A DNA stretch of 64,000 bases from a virus (Duplodnaviria > Caudoviricetes), in IMG/VR virus record IMGVR_UViG_3300009370_000001, one strand, 5' to 3'. Below the pieces are notes generated by a model. That model was given only the letters and a program-made list of their open reading frames with translations. It was not told where the DNA came from and did not search any database. Position numbers and translations under genes: made by a program. Shown piece by piece: positions 1 to 10,065 of this stretch (positions within the stretch are counted from its first letter, which is position 1; every line of letters begins with the position of its first letter).

Positions 1-498
1 TTAGATAGATCTGTAGATTTTTATAAAATTTTAAGCAAAGACTTTAATGATAAGTTTATAAAAGAATTTACGGAAACAACCGAAAAACCAATTTTCATTT
101 CAACGGGCCTTAGCTCGATAGAAAATATTCGTTCGCTTACAGAACAGATCACTCCGGAAAATAATGCAAGAATTTCTCTGATACACACTCAGTTGAGCCA
201 TGATATTTCTGACGTTAATTTAAACTCTATTCTTAAATTAAGAGATTTAACTGGCAATTCAATTTCTTTTGGCAATCATTGCGAAGACTCTCGTGTGTGC
301 TTTATGTCCCTTCCTTATAATCCACATTCAATTTTTGTATATGTGAAGGGCAATGAAAATTTAGAATATCCGGATAATGAACACGCTCTTAAACTTAATG
401 ATTTTGGAATATTTTGTGAAGATATGAAAAAACTCATGAATGCAATTGGAGACGGAGATAAAAAAGAAATGACTAACCAAATAAGAGGACAAAAATGA
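1..498 (+). CDS. NeuB-like (N-acetylneuraminate synthase family) protein, 5'-truncated by window edge, degenerate motifs
   Basis: Frame 1 is open from base 1 (LDRSVDFYK...KPIFISTGLSS...LIHT...FGNH...PDNEHAL). These match the NeuB motifs KPxxxSTG, LLH, GYSDH and PDH. The ORF track starts it artificially at 193. Confidence 0.65.
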   Translation, partial: LDRSVDFYKILSKDFNDKFIKEFTETTEKPIFISTGLSSIENIRSLTEQITPENNARISLIHTQLSHDISDVNLNSILKLRDLTGNSISFGNHCEDSRVCFMSLPYNPHSIFVYVKGNENLEYPDNEHALKLNDFGIFCEDMKKLMNAIGDGDKKEMTNQIRGQK

Positions 499-1151
499 AT
501 AAAGACAAAAAAGCAATCGTTGTGGCGGGCTCAAGAGGCATCGGGAAAGCAATTGCCGATGGAATTCGAGAACTTGGATACGATGTAGAAGCGCTATCCC
601 GCACTGCTTTAGATACATCAAATTTAAAAAACGTTAAAAATTTCCTTGACAAAGGGCCAGAAACTGATATACTAGTATTAAATACCGGAGGTCCGCCCGC
701 TAAAGATTTTTTTGATATAACGGAGGAAGACTTCAACAAATATTATAATCAGTTATTTTTAAGTTTCTGTCTTTTGCTACAGAAGGTAAAAATTAGGGAT
801 AATGGGTTTGTGTTTTTGGTATCTTCGTATAACATAAAAGAACCAAATCCAAAATTGATATTATCAAATTCTTATAGAATAGCTTTTACTAGTGTTCTAA
901 AATCCGTTTCAAAATTATTTGCAGCGAGAGGGATTAATTGTATAAATATAGCCCCCGGACCAATTAAAACAGATAGGCTTTATGCCTTGGTTGAAGACAT
1001 CAACGTATTAGAAGAAAAGCTGCCACTTAAACGAGCGGCCGAACCTCACGAGATAGGGGACTTTGTTAAATCCATTGTCGAAAACAATATTAAGTATTTA
1101 AATGGTGTAACAATTAATTTTGACGGTGGACACTCAAACTATATTTTATAG
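495..1151 (+). CDS. Short-chain dehydrogenase/reductase (SDR family)
   Basis: Rossmann motif VVAGSRGIGKAIA, plus LVLNTGGP, NIAPGPIKT and C-terminal DGG. Confidence 0.85.
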   Translation: MNKDKKAIVVAGSRGIGKAIADGIRELGYDVEALSRTALDTSNLKNVKNFLDKGPETDILVLNTGGPPAKDFFDITEEDFNKYYNQLFLSFCLLLQKVKIRDNGFVFLVSSYNIKEPNPKLILSNSYRIAFTSVLKSVSKLFAARGINCINIAPGPIKTDRLYALVEDINVLEEKLPLKRAAEPHEIGDFVKSIVENNIKYLNGVTINFDGGHSNYIL

Positions 1152-1175
1152 TATTAATATTAGCGATCAATAAAG

Positions 1176-2000
1176 ATGAAAAAAACAAAAATAATTGCGG
1201 AAATAGGTATTAATCATAATGGCGATATTGATTTGGCAAAAAGACTAATTGATGCTGCCGTTGTAGCCGGCTGCGATTATGCAAAATTTCAAAAAAGAAC
1301 ACCCGATATTTGTGTACCAGATCATCAAAAGTCCAAGCTTAGAAAAACGCCTTGGGGCGAAATTCCATATATCGATTATAAAAAAAAGATAGAGTTTGAA
1401 AAAGATGAATATGATGAATTGTTTGATTATGTAAAAGGAAAACCAATAGAAATATTTGCATCTGTTTGGGACAAGCCGTCTGTTGACTTTATGAAAACGT
1501 ATGGAGGCCCTATGAAAATAGGCTCTGCAATGATAACAGATACAGAACTGTGTTCGTATGCTAGAAAAAATACGGACTTGTTAATAATATCGACAGGAAT
1601 GAGCACTGAATCCGAAATTGAAAAATGTGTCGATGCTTGCAGCCCAGATGTGATAATGCATACAAATTCTACATATCCCAGTCCCGTTTCAGAACTAAAT
1701 TTAAATTATATTAATTGGTTATTAGAGAAATGGAATTGTGATATTGGATATAGTGGACATGAATATGGTTTAGTGACAACCTACGCAGCCGTAGTAATGG
1801 GGTGCAATTGGATCGAAAGGCACCTGACTTTAGATAGAACCATGTGGGGATCTGATCATTCTGCATCAGTTGAACCTCATGGCTTTATTAAATTAGTAAA
1901 AGGAATAAGAGACATTGAAAGATCAATGGGTCCCCCAGCCTCGCAAAGAGTTTGTTTGGGAAGCGAGCTTTCAAAAAGAAACAGCTTGAGGAAAAAATGA
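1176..2000 (+). CDS. neuB: Nonulosonic acid (sialic-acid-type) synthase, NeuB family, lacking the C-terminal SAF/antifreeze-like domain
   Basis: IIAEIGINHNGD, AKFQKR, MKIGS, ISTGMS, HTNSTYP, GYSGHE, WIERHLTLD and GSDHSAS motifs; only 274 aa. Confidence 0.92.
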   Translation: MKKTKIIAEIGINHNGDIDLAKRLIDAAVVAGCDYAKFQKRTPDICVPDHQKSKLRKTPWGEIPYIDYKKKIEFEKDEYDELFDYVKGKPIEIFASVWDKPSVDFMKTYGGPMKIGSAMITDTELCSYARKNTDLLIISTGMSTESEIEKCVDACSPDVIMHTNSTYPSPVSELNLNYINWLLEKWNCDIGYSGHEYGLVTTYAAVVMGCNWIERHLTLDRTMWGSDHSASVEPHGFIKLVKGIRDIERSMGPPASQRVCLGSELSKRNSLRKK

Positions 2001-2647
2001 GCAAACTTAAAATTGAGATTGGTGGAGGGGCCCACCCACGCCCTGGATTTGAGCAGTTTGAGAGTGACGGCGGATTCAATATTATAACTGACGAAATACC
2101 ATATGAGAACAATTCTATTGATGTGGTTTATATGTCTCATATTATTGAACATATACCGTTTTATTGTGCTCCTAACGTTTTAATTAAGATACACAAGAAA
2201 TTAAAACCCGGAGGGTATCTTAGGGTGGTGTGCCCCGATTTAGAACAAATTATTGAGGCATATATAAAAAAAGATTATCTTGCTTTTCCAGCCTATAAAC
2301 ACGAGATCTTCATCGACCCCGATGGACTGCTGCCGCCCATCGAGTCCGCTAGCGGAGGAAGTCTTAGGAATAAATGGGGCGGCATTCATCCTTTGAACGT
2401 CAAATTGGGTATTGGTGGACTTTTTCTTAATCAGATTTGCTCGCAGGCGCCTAATGGCACGGGAGATTTAGATATATATTCTGGTGGACAGAAGGTTTCT
2501 AGCCAATCTCATATAAGTGCTTATGATTTTGAGATGATGCACAACTTGTTGAAATACGTTGGTTTTTCTAAAATTGATAGAACAGAAATAACTTCTTTTG
2601 ATACTTGGAATAAACCGGGACAACTAGCGGTAAATGCGCGGAAATGA
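1997..2647 (+). CDS. SAM-dependent methyltransferase-like protein
   Basis: IEIGGG...IPYENNSIDVVYMSHIIEH...LKPGGYLRVVCPD. Start moved to ATG 1997, an ATGA overlap with the neuB stop. Confidence 0.7.
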   Translation: MSKLKIEIGGGAHPRPGFEQFESDGGFNIITDEIPYENNSIDVVYMSHIIEHIPFYCAPNVLIKIHKKLKPGGYLRVVCPDLEQIIEAYIKKDYLAFPAYKHEIFIDPDGLLPPIESASGGSLRNKWGGIHPLNVKLGIGGLFLNQICSQAPNGTGDLDIYSGGQKVSSQSHISAYDFEMMHNLLKYVGFSKIDRTEITSFDTWNKPGQLAVNARK

Positions 2648-2650
2648 AAA

Positions 2651-2965
2651 ATGAAAATTTTTGTTGACATTGATGAAACTATTTGCAAGTATTTGGGTGA
2701 GCGGCATTACCCGAGTGCTATCCCCATAAAAGAAAGAATACTTAGAATCAATGAACTTTATGATGAAGGTCATGAAATTACGTATTGGACCGCAAGAGGG
2801 GCCCTGACCGGTATTGACTGGCTTGATATTACAAAAAAGCAGCTTAACGACTGGAACTGCAAGTATCATAAATTAAGCGTTGGCGAAAAGCCTGTATATG
2901 ACTTATTGATATGCGATAAAGCGATCAATAGTAATGAATATTTTAAAAAAGAAGAGGCTGAATAG
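2651..2965 (+). CDS. Small capless HAD-superfamily phosphatase
   Basis: HAD motif I FVDIDETI, motif II YWTARG, KP..D and DKA; 104 aa. Confidence 0.8.
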   Translation: MKIFVDIDETICKYLGERHYPSAIPIKERILRINELYDEGHEITYWTARGALTGIDWLDITKKQLNDWNCKYHKLSVGEKPVYDLLICDKAINSNEYFKKEEAE

Positions 2966-2969
2966 CAAA

Positions 2970-3890
2970 ATGTTAGATCTTATTGTCTTTGTAAAGTCTT
3001 CAGGAGCCAACGTTAGACTTGATAATTTGTATGACATGGTTAATTCCTTTATTGTTAAAAATAAAAATTTAAATTATAAATTTTATTTTGCTGTTGACAG
3101 CGGGATAGAGAGTTCTCTAACGAATATGTTAAAAGAAATTAATCATGAGGACAAGATTTTAGATATTGTTACCACCAATAATTCGTGGGCAATTGATTTC
3201 AACATCTTTCTTGATACATATAAGAACGCATCAAAATGGTTGTTAATCACTCATGATGACGTAGTGTTCGAAAGTGATGATTATTTCAATAGGATTACTG
3301 ATGCCGTGAAAGGATACGAAGAGCAGATTGGGTGGGTAACTTCTACTAGTGAATATTACTATAAATATGAAAGAAAAATGATCACTGATACCTTCCGTCC
3401 TGGTTTTTACAAAGATGCCGCCAATTGGGGCGCAATGTTTCAACTTCACACACGCGATTTAGATAAGCCTGATTATCCCAAAGGACCTGTAAAGATCCAT
3501 GGACCAATGTCCGCAATTATGATAACAACAATGAAATCAATGCAAAAAATTGGATTTTGTGAAGATTGGACGCGCTATACTATGCTAATTGATGAAGACT
3601 GGTCCTTGGAAGCGCTAAAGAATAATTTATGGAACGTGTGGGTGCCACATATATATCATCTACACCCTAATAGAAAAAATTTAAGAAAGGCGAATAATCG
3701 TTGGATGGAAGAAGCACACGCCGGCCTAAAGCAAAAATGGGGGTTTGATACAGGTAATCCCACAACTACAGGATGGGAACAAGGTGTCTCTATCCCTTTA
3801 GAGGATTTAAGAAAGATATATGAGAACACCAATATTCCTTGGTCTTCTTATCGAAACAGCTATGATTGGGAATATCTAGATGATGACTGA
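2970..3890 (+). CDS. Glycosyltransferase, GT-A/GT2-like
   Basis: LLITHDDVVF DxD-type motif, DEDWSL and IYHLH. The ATG at 2970 is preferred over the track start at 2934. Confidence 0.6.
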   Translation: MLDLIVFVKSSGANVRLDNLYDMVNSFIVKNKNLNYKFYFAVDSGIESSLTNMLKEINHEDKILDIVTTNNSWAIDFNIFLDTYKNASKWLLITHDDVVFESDDYFNRITDAVKGYEEQIGWVTSTSEYYYKYERKMITDTFRPGFYKDAANWGAMFQLHTRDLDKPDYPKGPVKIHGPMSAIMITTMKSMQKIGFCEDWTRYTMLIDEDWSLEALKNNLWNVWVPHIYHLHPNRKNLRKANNRWMEEAHAGLKQKWGFDTGNPTTTGWEQGVSIPLEDLRKIYENTNIPWSSYRNSYDWEYLDDD

Positions 3891-4467
3891 TTTTTGGAAA
3901 AACATTTGGGATACTAAAGGTGATAGCGCCAGCACGGACCTGCTTTTCCTAGATGGCTATGAACACTTAAATATTGAATTTAATAGCCAAGACCTTTGTG
4001 AGAAGATTGCGCACCTAGGCGAATTTGAATATGGAGAAAAAATCTTAGAGGTAGGCTGTGGCTGTGGATTTTTGGCTCGCGAATTCCAGATCCATTATGC
4101 ATACACAGGTGTAGACTATTCAGAATCAATTATTAATAAACACAAACAACTGTTCCCGACTCACTGTGTAGAGGTGGCGAATTCGGACAGGTTGCCTTTC
4201 GAAGATAATTCCTTCGATAGAGTTTTTTGCTTCGGACTTTTTCAATACCTGCCAAATGAAGAGCATGCAGCTAAAACAATAAATGAAATGCAACGGGTGT
4301 CACGGAATACAGTATTTCTAGGAGATCTTAAGGACTCCACCACTCGTCAAGAACACTTTGTTTTTCCAAAAGAGAAATTAGATGCCCAAGGCTTTAAAAT
4401 GTCGGATTGCCTCTATGACGCGTCAGACGTCGAAAGGTATAACGCAGTTTACGGAGGAAATAGATGA
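3880..4467 (+). CDS. Class I SAM-dependent methyltransferase
   Basis: ILEVGCGCG, GVDYS, LPFEDNSFDRV and FQYL motifs. Confidence 0.88.
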   Translation: MMTDFWKNIWDTKGDSASTDLLFLDGYEHLNIEFNSQDLCEKIAHLGEFEYGEKILEVGCGCGFLAREFQIHYAYTGVDYSESIINKHKQLFPTHCVEVANSDRLPFEDNSFDRVFCFGLFQYLPNEEHAAKTINEMQRVSRNTVFLGDLKDSTTRQEHFVFPKEKLDAQGFKMSDCLYDASDVERYNAVYGGNR

Positions 4468-5027
4468 TTTGGAATGAAATTTTGTGTTTAGGAGACTCCA
4501 TCACATATGGGGCCCGCGACCGATATGGTCGCTCTTATCCTGCAGAATTAGGCAAAATTCTCTTTGAAGAAACTGGAGAATTTTATTATTGCCATAATTA
4601 TAGTCAATGCGGAGACACTAGTTCAGATCTTCTAAGAAAGGCGTGGAACGCTACCAAAGGACACAAAGAAGCGAAGTTGGCGATCATTATGATTGGAACC
4701 AACGATACTCAAAGTGGCATACCTCCGGAAATTTATCGCGACAATCTCAGACAGATTGTTTCAATCACTAAGATTCATGGTAAGATACCTATTGTTGCCA
4801 CTCTTCCGCAGTTGGGATTTACACCTTTATATTTAAAAAATTGTGATTATATTGATTTGTATAATAAAGTAATTTTAGAGCTATCGAAATCAATGGGCTT
4901 TGAAGTATGTGATATGAGTGACACAGAGAAATATTATATTGATAACGTACATTACACACATGAGGGCTATAATTTGCTAGCCCAAAAATTTGCAGATAAA
5001 ATTTTAAGTTTACAAACAAGGAGATAG
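4464..5027 (+). CDS. SGNH/GDSL hydrolase (esterase or O-acyltransferase-like)
   Basis: Block I CLGDSITYG, block III GTND, block V DNVHY. Confidence 0.9.
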   Translation: MIWNEILCLGDSITYGARDRYGRSYPAELGKILFEETGEFYYCHNYSQCGDTSSDLLRKAWNATKGHKEAKLAIIMIGTNDTQSGIPPEIYRDNLRQIVSITKIHGKIPIVATLPQLGFTPLYLKNCDYIDLYNKVILELSKSMGFEVCDMSDTEKYYIDNVHYTHEGYNLLAQKFADKILSLQTRR

Positions 5028-5028
5028 A

Positions 5029-5856
5029 ATGGGTACTGGATATAGTGTAGGAGTAATTGGCGGAGGCTTTGTGGGTTCGGCCGTCGCCTTTGGATTTGGG
5101 AGTAGTAACTCGTATGATTTTGAAGTCAAGGTATATGACTTAGATCCCAACAAGAGCACACATTCATTTGAAGAAACGGTTACGCAATCAGACTTTATTT
5201 TTATGTGTCTCCCGACACCTTCGAGAGAAGACATGTCAATTGACCTTTCATACATAGAAAAGAGCATGGAACAAGTAAGCAAGCTGGTTGATCCGTTTGA
5301 ACAAACAGTGGTTATTAAGTCCACTGTCATCCCTGGCACCTGTCGTAGGCTATCGAAAAAATATGGTCTTAACATCGTATCCAATCCTGAATTCTTGACC
5401 GAGAGACGGGCAAAATGGGACTTTATTAACGCTGCTCAAGTTGTAATCGGAAGCGATGAAAAGGATGCCGGCTCCAAAGTAAAGAGCCTTTATGAAAAAA
5501 GATTTTCGTCTATGAAATATTTGGTAACTGACAGCACCACTGCCGAATTTGTTAAGTACATGTTAAACTGTTTCTTTTCGGTTAAGTTAAGTTTTATGAA
5601 TGAAATGTATCAAGTGGGACAGTCTTTTGGAGTAGATTGGGACGATGCGGTCACTGGATTAGTATCTGATAGTCGCGTCGGTGATTCACACGTCACCGTT
5701 CCTGGCCCAGACGGCAAGTTTGGCTTTGGTGGCCATTGCTTCCCCAAAGATATTAATGCCATGATTAGATTTGCTGAGCGATTAGGGGTCGATACCAAGG
5801 TGTTGAAAGCAGCGTGGGACAAGAATTTAGATATTCGTGAGGAAAACTTGCGATGA
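5029..5856 (+). CDS. UDP-glucose/GDP-mannose 6-dehydrogenase family protein (short form)
   Basis: IGGGFVG, CLPTP, IKSTVIPGT, SNPEFL, catalytic FGGHCFPKD; lacks the C-terminal UDP-binding domain. Confidence 0.9.
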   Translation: MGTGYSVGVIGGGFVGSAVAFGFGSSNSYDFEVKVYDLDPNKSTHSFEETVTQSDFIFMCLPTPSREDMSIDLSYIEKSMEQVSKLVDPFEQTVVIKSTVIPGTCRRLSKKYGLNIVSNPEFLTERRAKWDFINAAQVVIGSDEKDAGSKVKSLYEKRFSSMKYLVTDSTTAEFVKYMLNCFFSVKLSFMNEMYQVGQSFGVDWDDAVTGLVSDSRVGDSHVTVPGPDGKFGFGGHCFPKDINAMIRFAERLGVDTKVLKAAWDKNLDIREENLR

Positions 5857-6800
5857 GAGTTTTAGTAACCGGTGCAAAAGGAGTTGTAGGCTCTAAATTG
5901 AGTGAAACTTTGACGTTAAAAGGCCATAGTGTTTTTGGTGTTGATTTGTTTCACGCTGAAGAACTCTATGGACACGGACTAGGAAAGGTAAAGAATGACA
6001 ATTATTTTCGTTGTGATATCGGAGAATACAGGCAGATAAAAGATGTCATCGAATATGTTCAACCTGAGATTGTATTTAATTGTGCTGCTGAATTTGGGCG
6101 CTGGAATGGCGAACACTTCTATGAACAAGTATGGAAAAGCAACGCCATTGGTTTGAAGAATATTATTAGGCTACAAGAGCAACACGGATTTAAACTTATA
6201 CACTGTTCGTCATCCGAAGTGTATGGCGATTATAAAGATGTGATGTATGAAGATGTATTAGAAAAAATACCGATTAATCAAATGAATGATTACGCAATTT
6301 CGAAGAAAGTTAATGAAATGCAAATTAAAAACTCCCAGGTTATGTATGATACTCAAACTGTACTTATTCGTATTTTTAACACATATGGTCCTGGCGAATG
6401 GTATCATCCTTTTAGAAGTGTAAATTGTCTTTTTACGTACAATCTTTTACACAACAGGCCCATTACGGTTTTCAAGGGGCATACGCGAACGAGTACCTAT
6501 ATCTATGATTGTACTCGAACCATTTCAAACATTATTGATAACTTTAAGAATGGAGAAGTGTACAACATTGCTAGCCAAAGTCACCATACTATCGAAGAAT
6601 TAGTAGAGATGATATTAAAAGCCACTGGCGCAGATCCAGGACTTGTTACTTATAAAGAACACTTAGAAATTTTGACCACAAAAGATAAATTTGTAGATGC
6701 CAAAAAGGCTCGCTCGGATCTGGATCATCAAGATACAGTATCATTAGAGAAAGGCGTCCAGAAGACCGTTGAGTGGATGAAAGAATATTATAGATTATGA
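5853..6800 (+). CDS. NAD-dependent epimerase/dehydratase
   Basis: VLVTGAKGVVG, SSSEVYG, YAISK (YxxxK) and RIFNTYGPG. Confidence 0.9.
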   Translation: MRVLVTGAKGVVGSKLSETLTLKGHSVFGVDLFHAEELYGHGLGKVKNDNYFRCDIGEYRQIKDVIEYVQPEIVFNCAAEFGRWNGEHFYEQVWKSNAIGLKNIIRLQEQHGFKLIHCSSSEVYGDYKDVMYEDVLEKIPINQMNDYAISKKVNEMQIKNSQVMYDTQTVLIRIFNTYGPGEWYHPFRSVNCLFTYNLLHNRPITVFKGHTRTSTYIYDCTRTISNIIDNFKNGEVYNIASQSHHTIEELVEMILKATGADPGLVTYKEHLEILTTKDKFVDAKKARSDLDHQDTVSLEKGVQKTVEWMKEYYRL

Positions 6801-7870
6801 AAAAAATAGTTCACATTGTAGGAACGCGTCCAAATTATGTTAAAGCAGCACCAGTAATTAATGCTATTAATTTTGGAACCCAAACGATCATCAACACAGG
6901 GCAACATTATGATAAAAGCTTATCGGCGGATATTATAAAGTCTCTAAATATGCGCCCTCCTGATATAAATCTAAATATCCCGAAAGGTTTAAATGTGTTC
7001 GATAGAATCTGCCATTTGCTGACAGATATTGCGCAACAACTGGCGGAAATAAAACCTGATATTGTAATATTATATGGAGATGTGGACTCAACATTGGCGG
7101 GAGCGCTCGCAGCTACGCGCTTACTCATACCTACCGCCCATGTTGAAGCCGGCTTACGAAGTTTTGACAATACAATGCCTGAAGAAATAAATAGAAAGAT
7201 TGTAGACAGATTAGCATCCATGCATTTTGTAACAGAAAAATCAGGAATTACCAATTTAAATCATGAAGGTTTTAGCACCAGTGTGCACTTTGTGGGAAAT
7301 ACGATGATTGATTCTTTAGTTGCTGTCATGAATAGTGATTCATATAAAAAGTCTTCTTATGAAAACGATGATAATATTTTATTGACTTGTCATCGCCCCT
7401 TCAATGTGGATACAGAAGACGCCCTACAGAATATATTAAAAATGTGTCAGTCTATTGACGAAAAGATTGTCTGGCCAGTGCATCCCCGGACTGCACATAA
7501 AATGCAATCTTCTGAGAACCTATCGCAAGCTTTTAAGGATACTTCTAATTTGGAACTAATTGAGCCTCTAGATTACTGTAATTTTTTAAAAATGATGGCA
7601 ACTAGCCGCCTTGTGATTACAGATTCGGGAGGGATCCAAGAAGAAACAACATATTTAAAGATTCCCTGTTTAACGATTCGCCCCAACACCGAACGACCGA
7701 TTACGGTTGAAATTGGAAGCAACATTTTGAGTTCATTTGAAGATGTTTCTTCTTATGTGGAGATGGCTTACAAGAACGAATATAAGACTTGCACACTTCC
7801 CCCTAAATGGGATGGCGCCGCCTCTACACGTATTGCTGAAAAACTTTTAAGTTTTATGGAGAAAATATAG
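6797..7870 (+). CDS. wecB: UDP-N-acetylglucosamine 2-epimerase (WecB/NeuC family)
   Basis: GTRPN, NTGQHYD, HVEAGLRS, PEEINR, DSGGIQEE and RPNTERP motifs. Confidence 0.92.
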   Translation: MKKIVHIVGTRPNYVKAAPVINAINFGTQTIINTGQHYDKSLSADIIKSLNMRPPDINLNIPKGLNVFDRICHLLTDIAQQLAEIKPDIVILYGDVDSTLAGALAATRLLIPTAHVEAGLRSFDNTMPEEINRKIVDRLASMHFVTEKSGITNLNHEGFSTSVHFVGNTMIDSLVAVMNSDSYKKSSYENDDNILLTCHRPFNVDTEDALQNILKMCQSIDEKIVWPVHPRTAHKMQSSENLSQAFKDTSNLELIEPLDYCNFLKMMATSRLVITDSGGIQEETTYLKIPCLTIRPNTERPITVEIGSNILSSFEDVSSYVEMAYKNEYKTCTLPPKWDGAASTRIAEKLLSFMEKI

Positions 7871-7871
7871 A

Positions 7872-8699
7872 ATGAGCGATAGAAGACATATTTCATTTGT
7901 AGGCATTAAAAGAAGTGGAAATCATGCAGTACAAAACTGGATTTTACATCAGATCCCAGAACCTATTTCAGTGATCAATAATCACCAATCTGATGCCGCA
8001 AAGCGAATTACTCACCCTGCAGATTTTGATGCACCATCACTGCACACGGGCGCCATGGAAAACGAATCGGCAATGTACACGTATGAAAATCTAAGCCTTC
8101 AAGGAACAGGCCATGGAACTCCAATGCATATTGATGACTTTAAAAAACTACCTCCCTATAATTATTTGGCAAATATATTATTGTTGCGCGATCCGTTTAA
8201 CAACTTGGCTAGTTTATACCAACACGCGCTGCGACGTCCCGGGATGGAGCCCCCTCATATAAAGAACTTTATTATGTTGTGGAAAAGCTATGCGCACGAG
8301 TTTACAAATAATACCAATTTTTTGACACCCCTCGACACCGCCCTGAAGCCTGGAAAAGTGTGTATCTCTTATAATGAATGGTTTAAAAGCAAGCCATATA
8401 GACGTGGTATATCTCAACAATTAGGATTGTCATTCAATGATAATGGGCTACAATTCGTTAATGGATTTGGAAATGGAAGCAGTTTTGATGGTGGGCAGCT
8501 ACAAGGAAACGCCCAGACAATGAACGTTCTTAATCGATGGCGTACCCTCGAAGATCCCCGAGACTCCAAAACGTTTCCTACATATCCATTTCGGGTCTTG
8601 TGGCCAGATGCGCTTAAAATATTAGCTCAAGAACGAGACCTAATGTGGTATGTTCAGATGATATTTCCAGAAATTTTTGCAGAAGTAATAAGACAATAA
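7872..8699 (+). CDS. Sulfotransferase-family protein
   Basis: 5'-PAPS-binding-like GIKRSGNHA and 3'-phosphate-binding-like LLRDPFNNLAS, plus ISYNEW. Confidence 0.6.
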   Translation: MSDRRHISFVGIKRSGNHAVQNWILHQIPEPISVINNHQSDAAKRITHPADFDAPSLHTGAMENESAMYTYENLSLQGTGHGTPMHIDDFKKLPPYNYLANILLLRDPFNNLASLYQHALRRPGMEPPHIKNFIMLWKSYAHEFTNNTNFLTPLDTALKPGKVCISYNEWFKSKPYRRGISQQLGLSFNDNGLQFVNGFGNGSSFDGGQLQGNAQTMNVLNRWRTLEDPRDSKTFPTYPFRVLWPDALKILAQERDLMWYVQMIFPEIFAEVIRQ

Positions 8700-8718
8700 C
8701 AATTATAGGATTTTAAAA

Positions 8719-9099
8719 ATGAAAAACAAAGAAAACACAATGACAACTCTTCTACCAATGACCCATGTAGATAAAGGATGGGGCTGGGAACGCTGGATTG
8801 TTAATTGTGAAGAATACTGTGGAAAATTATTATTCTTTAACAAAGGAAAACGCTGTTCTTGGCACTTTCATAAATTAAAGGATGAAGTATTTTATTTACA
8901 ATCAGGCAAAATGATGATATACTATTCAGATGAAGATGATATTTCTATGGCCAAACAACAAATTTTAAAGGCAGGCGAGAACTTTCATGTATATCGCGGC
9001 CTGCGACACCAAATGGTAGCTTTGGAGGATTCTGAGCTATTCGAATTTTCAACCCAACATTTTGACAGCGATAGCCATAGAGTATTGAAGGGCGACTAA
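8719..9099 (+). CDS. Cupin-domain protein (sugar isomerase/mannose-6-phosphate isomerase-like)
   Basis: VDKGWGWE, CSWHFHKLKDEVFY and GLRHQM cupin motifs; the start may be the second Met. Confidence 0.8.
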   Translation: MKNKENTMTTLLPMTHVDKGWGWERWIVNCEEYCGKLLFFNKGKRCSWHFHKLKDEVFYLQSGKMMIYYSDEDDISMAKQQILKAGENFHVYRGLRHQMVALEDSELFEFSTQHFDSDSHRVLKGD

Positions 9100-9135
9100 T
9101 GGATATTTATTTAAACTCAGGAGTATATTTTAATA

Positions 9136-10065
9136 ATGACTAAAAAAATCTTAGTAACCGGCGGCAGTGGAATGGTAGGCGCCGCATTACAATCTATTTT
9201 ACCAGATGCAATTTATATTTCATCTAGAGAGTTTGATTTACGCAACCCTCTTGATGCTGAAGCCATGTTTGCCATTCATAAGCCGGATTGGGTTATTCAT
9301 TTAGCTGCGCGAGTCGGAGGAGTCAAGGCTAATTCCGAATATGTGGGAGAGTTTTTCTTGGACAATGTACTCATAAACACTAATGTTTTAGAATATTCTC
9401 GCCGCCACAATGTAGAGAAAGTAGTCTCGTTATTGAGCACTTGTGTATATCCTGACAAAGCCACTTACCCCTTGACAGAAGATCAGTTTCACAATGGACC
9501 ACCCCATCTTTCTAATTATGGCTATGCGCATGCCAAGCGCATGATAGAGGTGCAGTCCAGAGCGTACAGAGAACAATATGGTTGTAATTTTATAACTGCA
9601 ATTCCCAATAATCTATTTGGAGAAAACGATAATTACGATCTCGAAGACTCACATGTGATGCCGGCAATTATGCATAAAATGCTATTGGCCAAACGAAATA
9701 AACAAAATATGTTATTATGGGGGGATGGCAGTCCCTTACGCGAATTTACTTATTCGGTTGACTTGGCTAAGATTTTATTATTGTTGTTAGAAAAGTATGA
9801 CGAACCCGCGCCAATTAATGTTGGCAACACGGGTGAACACTCGATTAAAGAAGTAGTAGAGTTGATTGCCAACTTTATGGACTTTGAAGGAGATATCCAG
9901 TGGGACACATCTAAACCTGCAGGCCAATATCGCAAACCATCGGATAATTCTAAGTTAATAGAATTAGGATGGGCGGCTACAGACTATACCGATTTTGAAG
10001 AAGCGTTAGAAAAATCATGTAAGTGGTTTACAGATACATATCCAAATTTAAGAGGTGCGAAATGA
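9136..10065 (+). CDS. fcl: GDP-L-fucose synthase
   Basis: LVTGGSGMVG, HLAARVGG, LSTCVYP, YGYAHAK, PNNLFG, SHV and WGDGSPLREF motifs. Confidence 0.95.
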   Translation: MTKKILVTGGSGMVGAALQSILPDAIYISSREFDLRNPLDAEAMFAIHKPDWVIHLAARVGGVKANSEYVGEFFLDNVLINTNVLEYSRRHNVEKVVSLLSTCVYPDKATYPLTEDQFHNGPPHLSNYGYAHAKRMIEVQSRAYREQYGCNFITAIPNNLFGENDNYDLEDSHVMPAIMHKMLLAKRNKQNMLLWGDGSPLREFTYSVDLAKILLLLLEKYDEPAPINVGNTGEHSIKEVVELIANFMDFEGDIQWDTSKPAGQYRKPSDNSKLIELGWAATDYTDFEEALEKSCKWFTDTYPNLRGAK

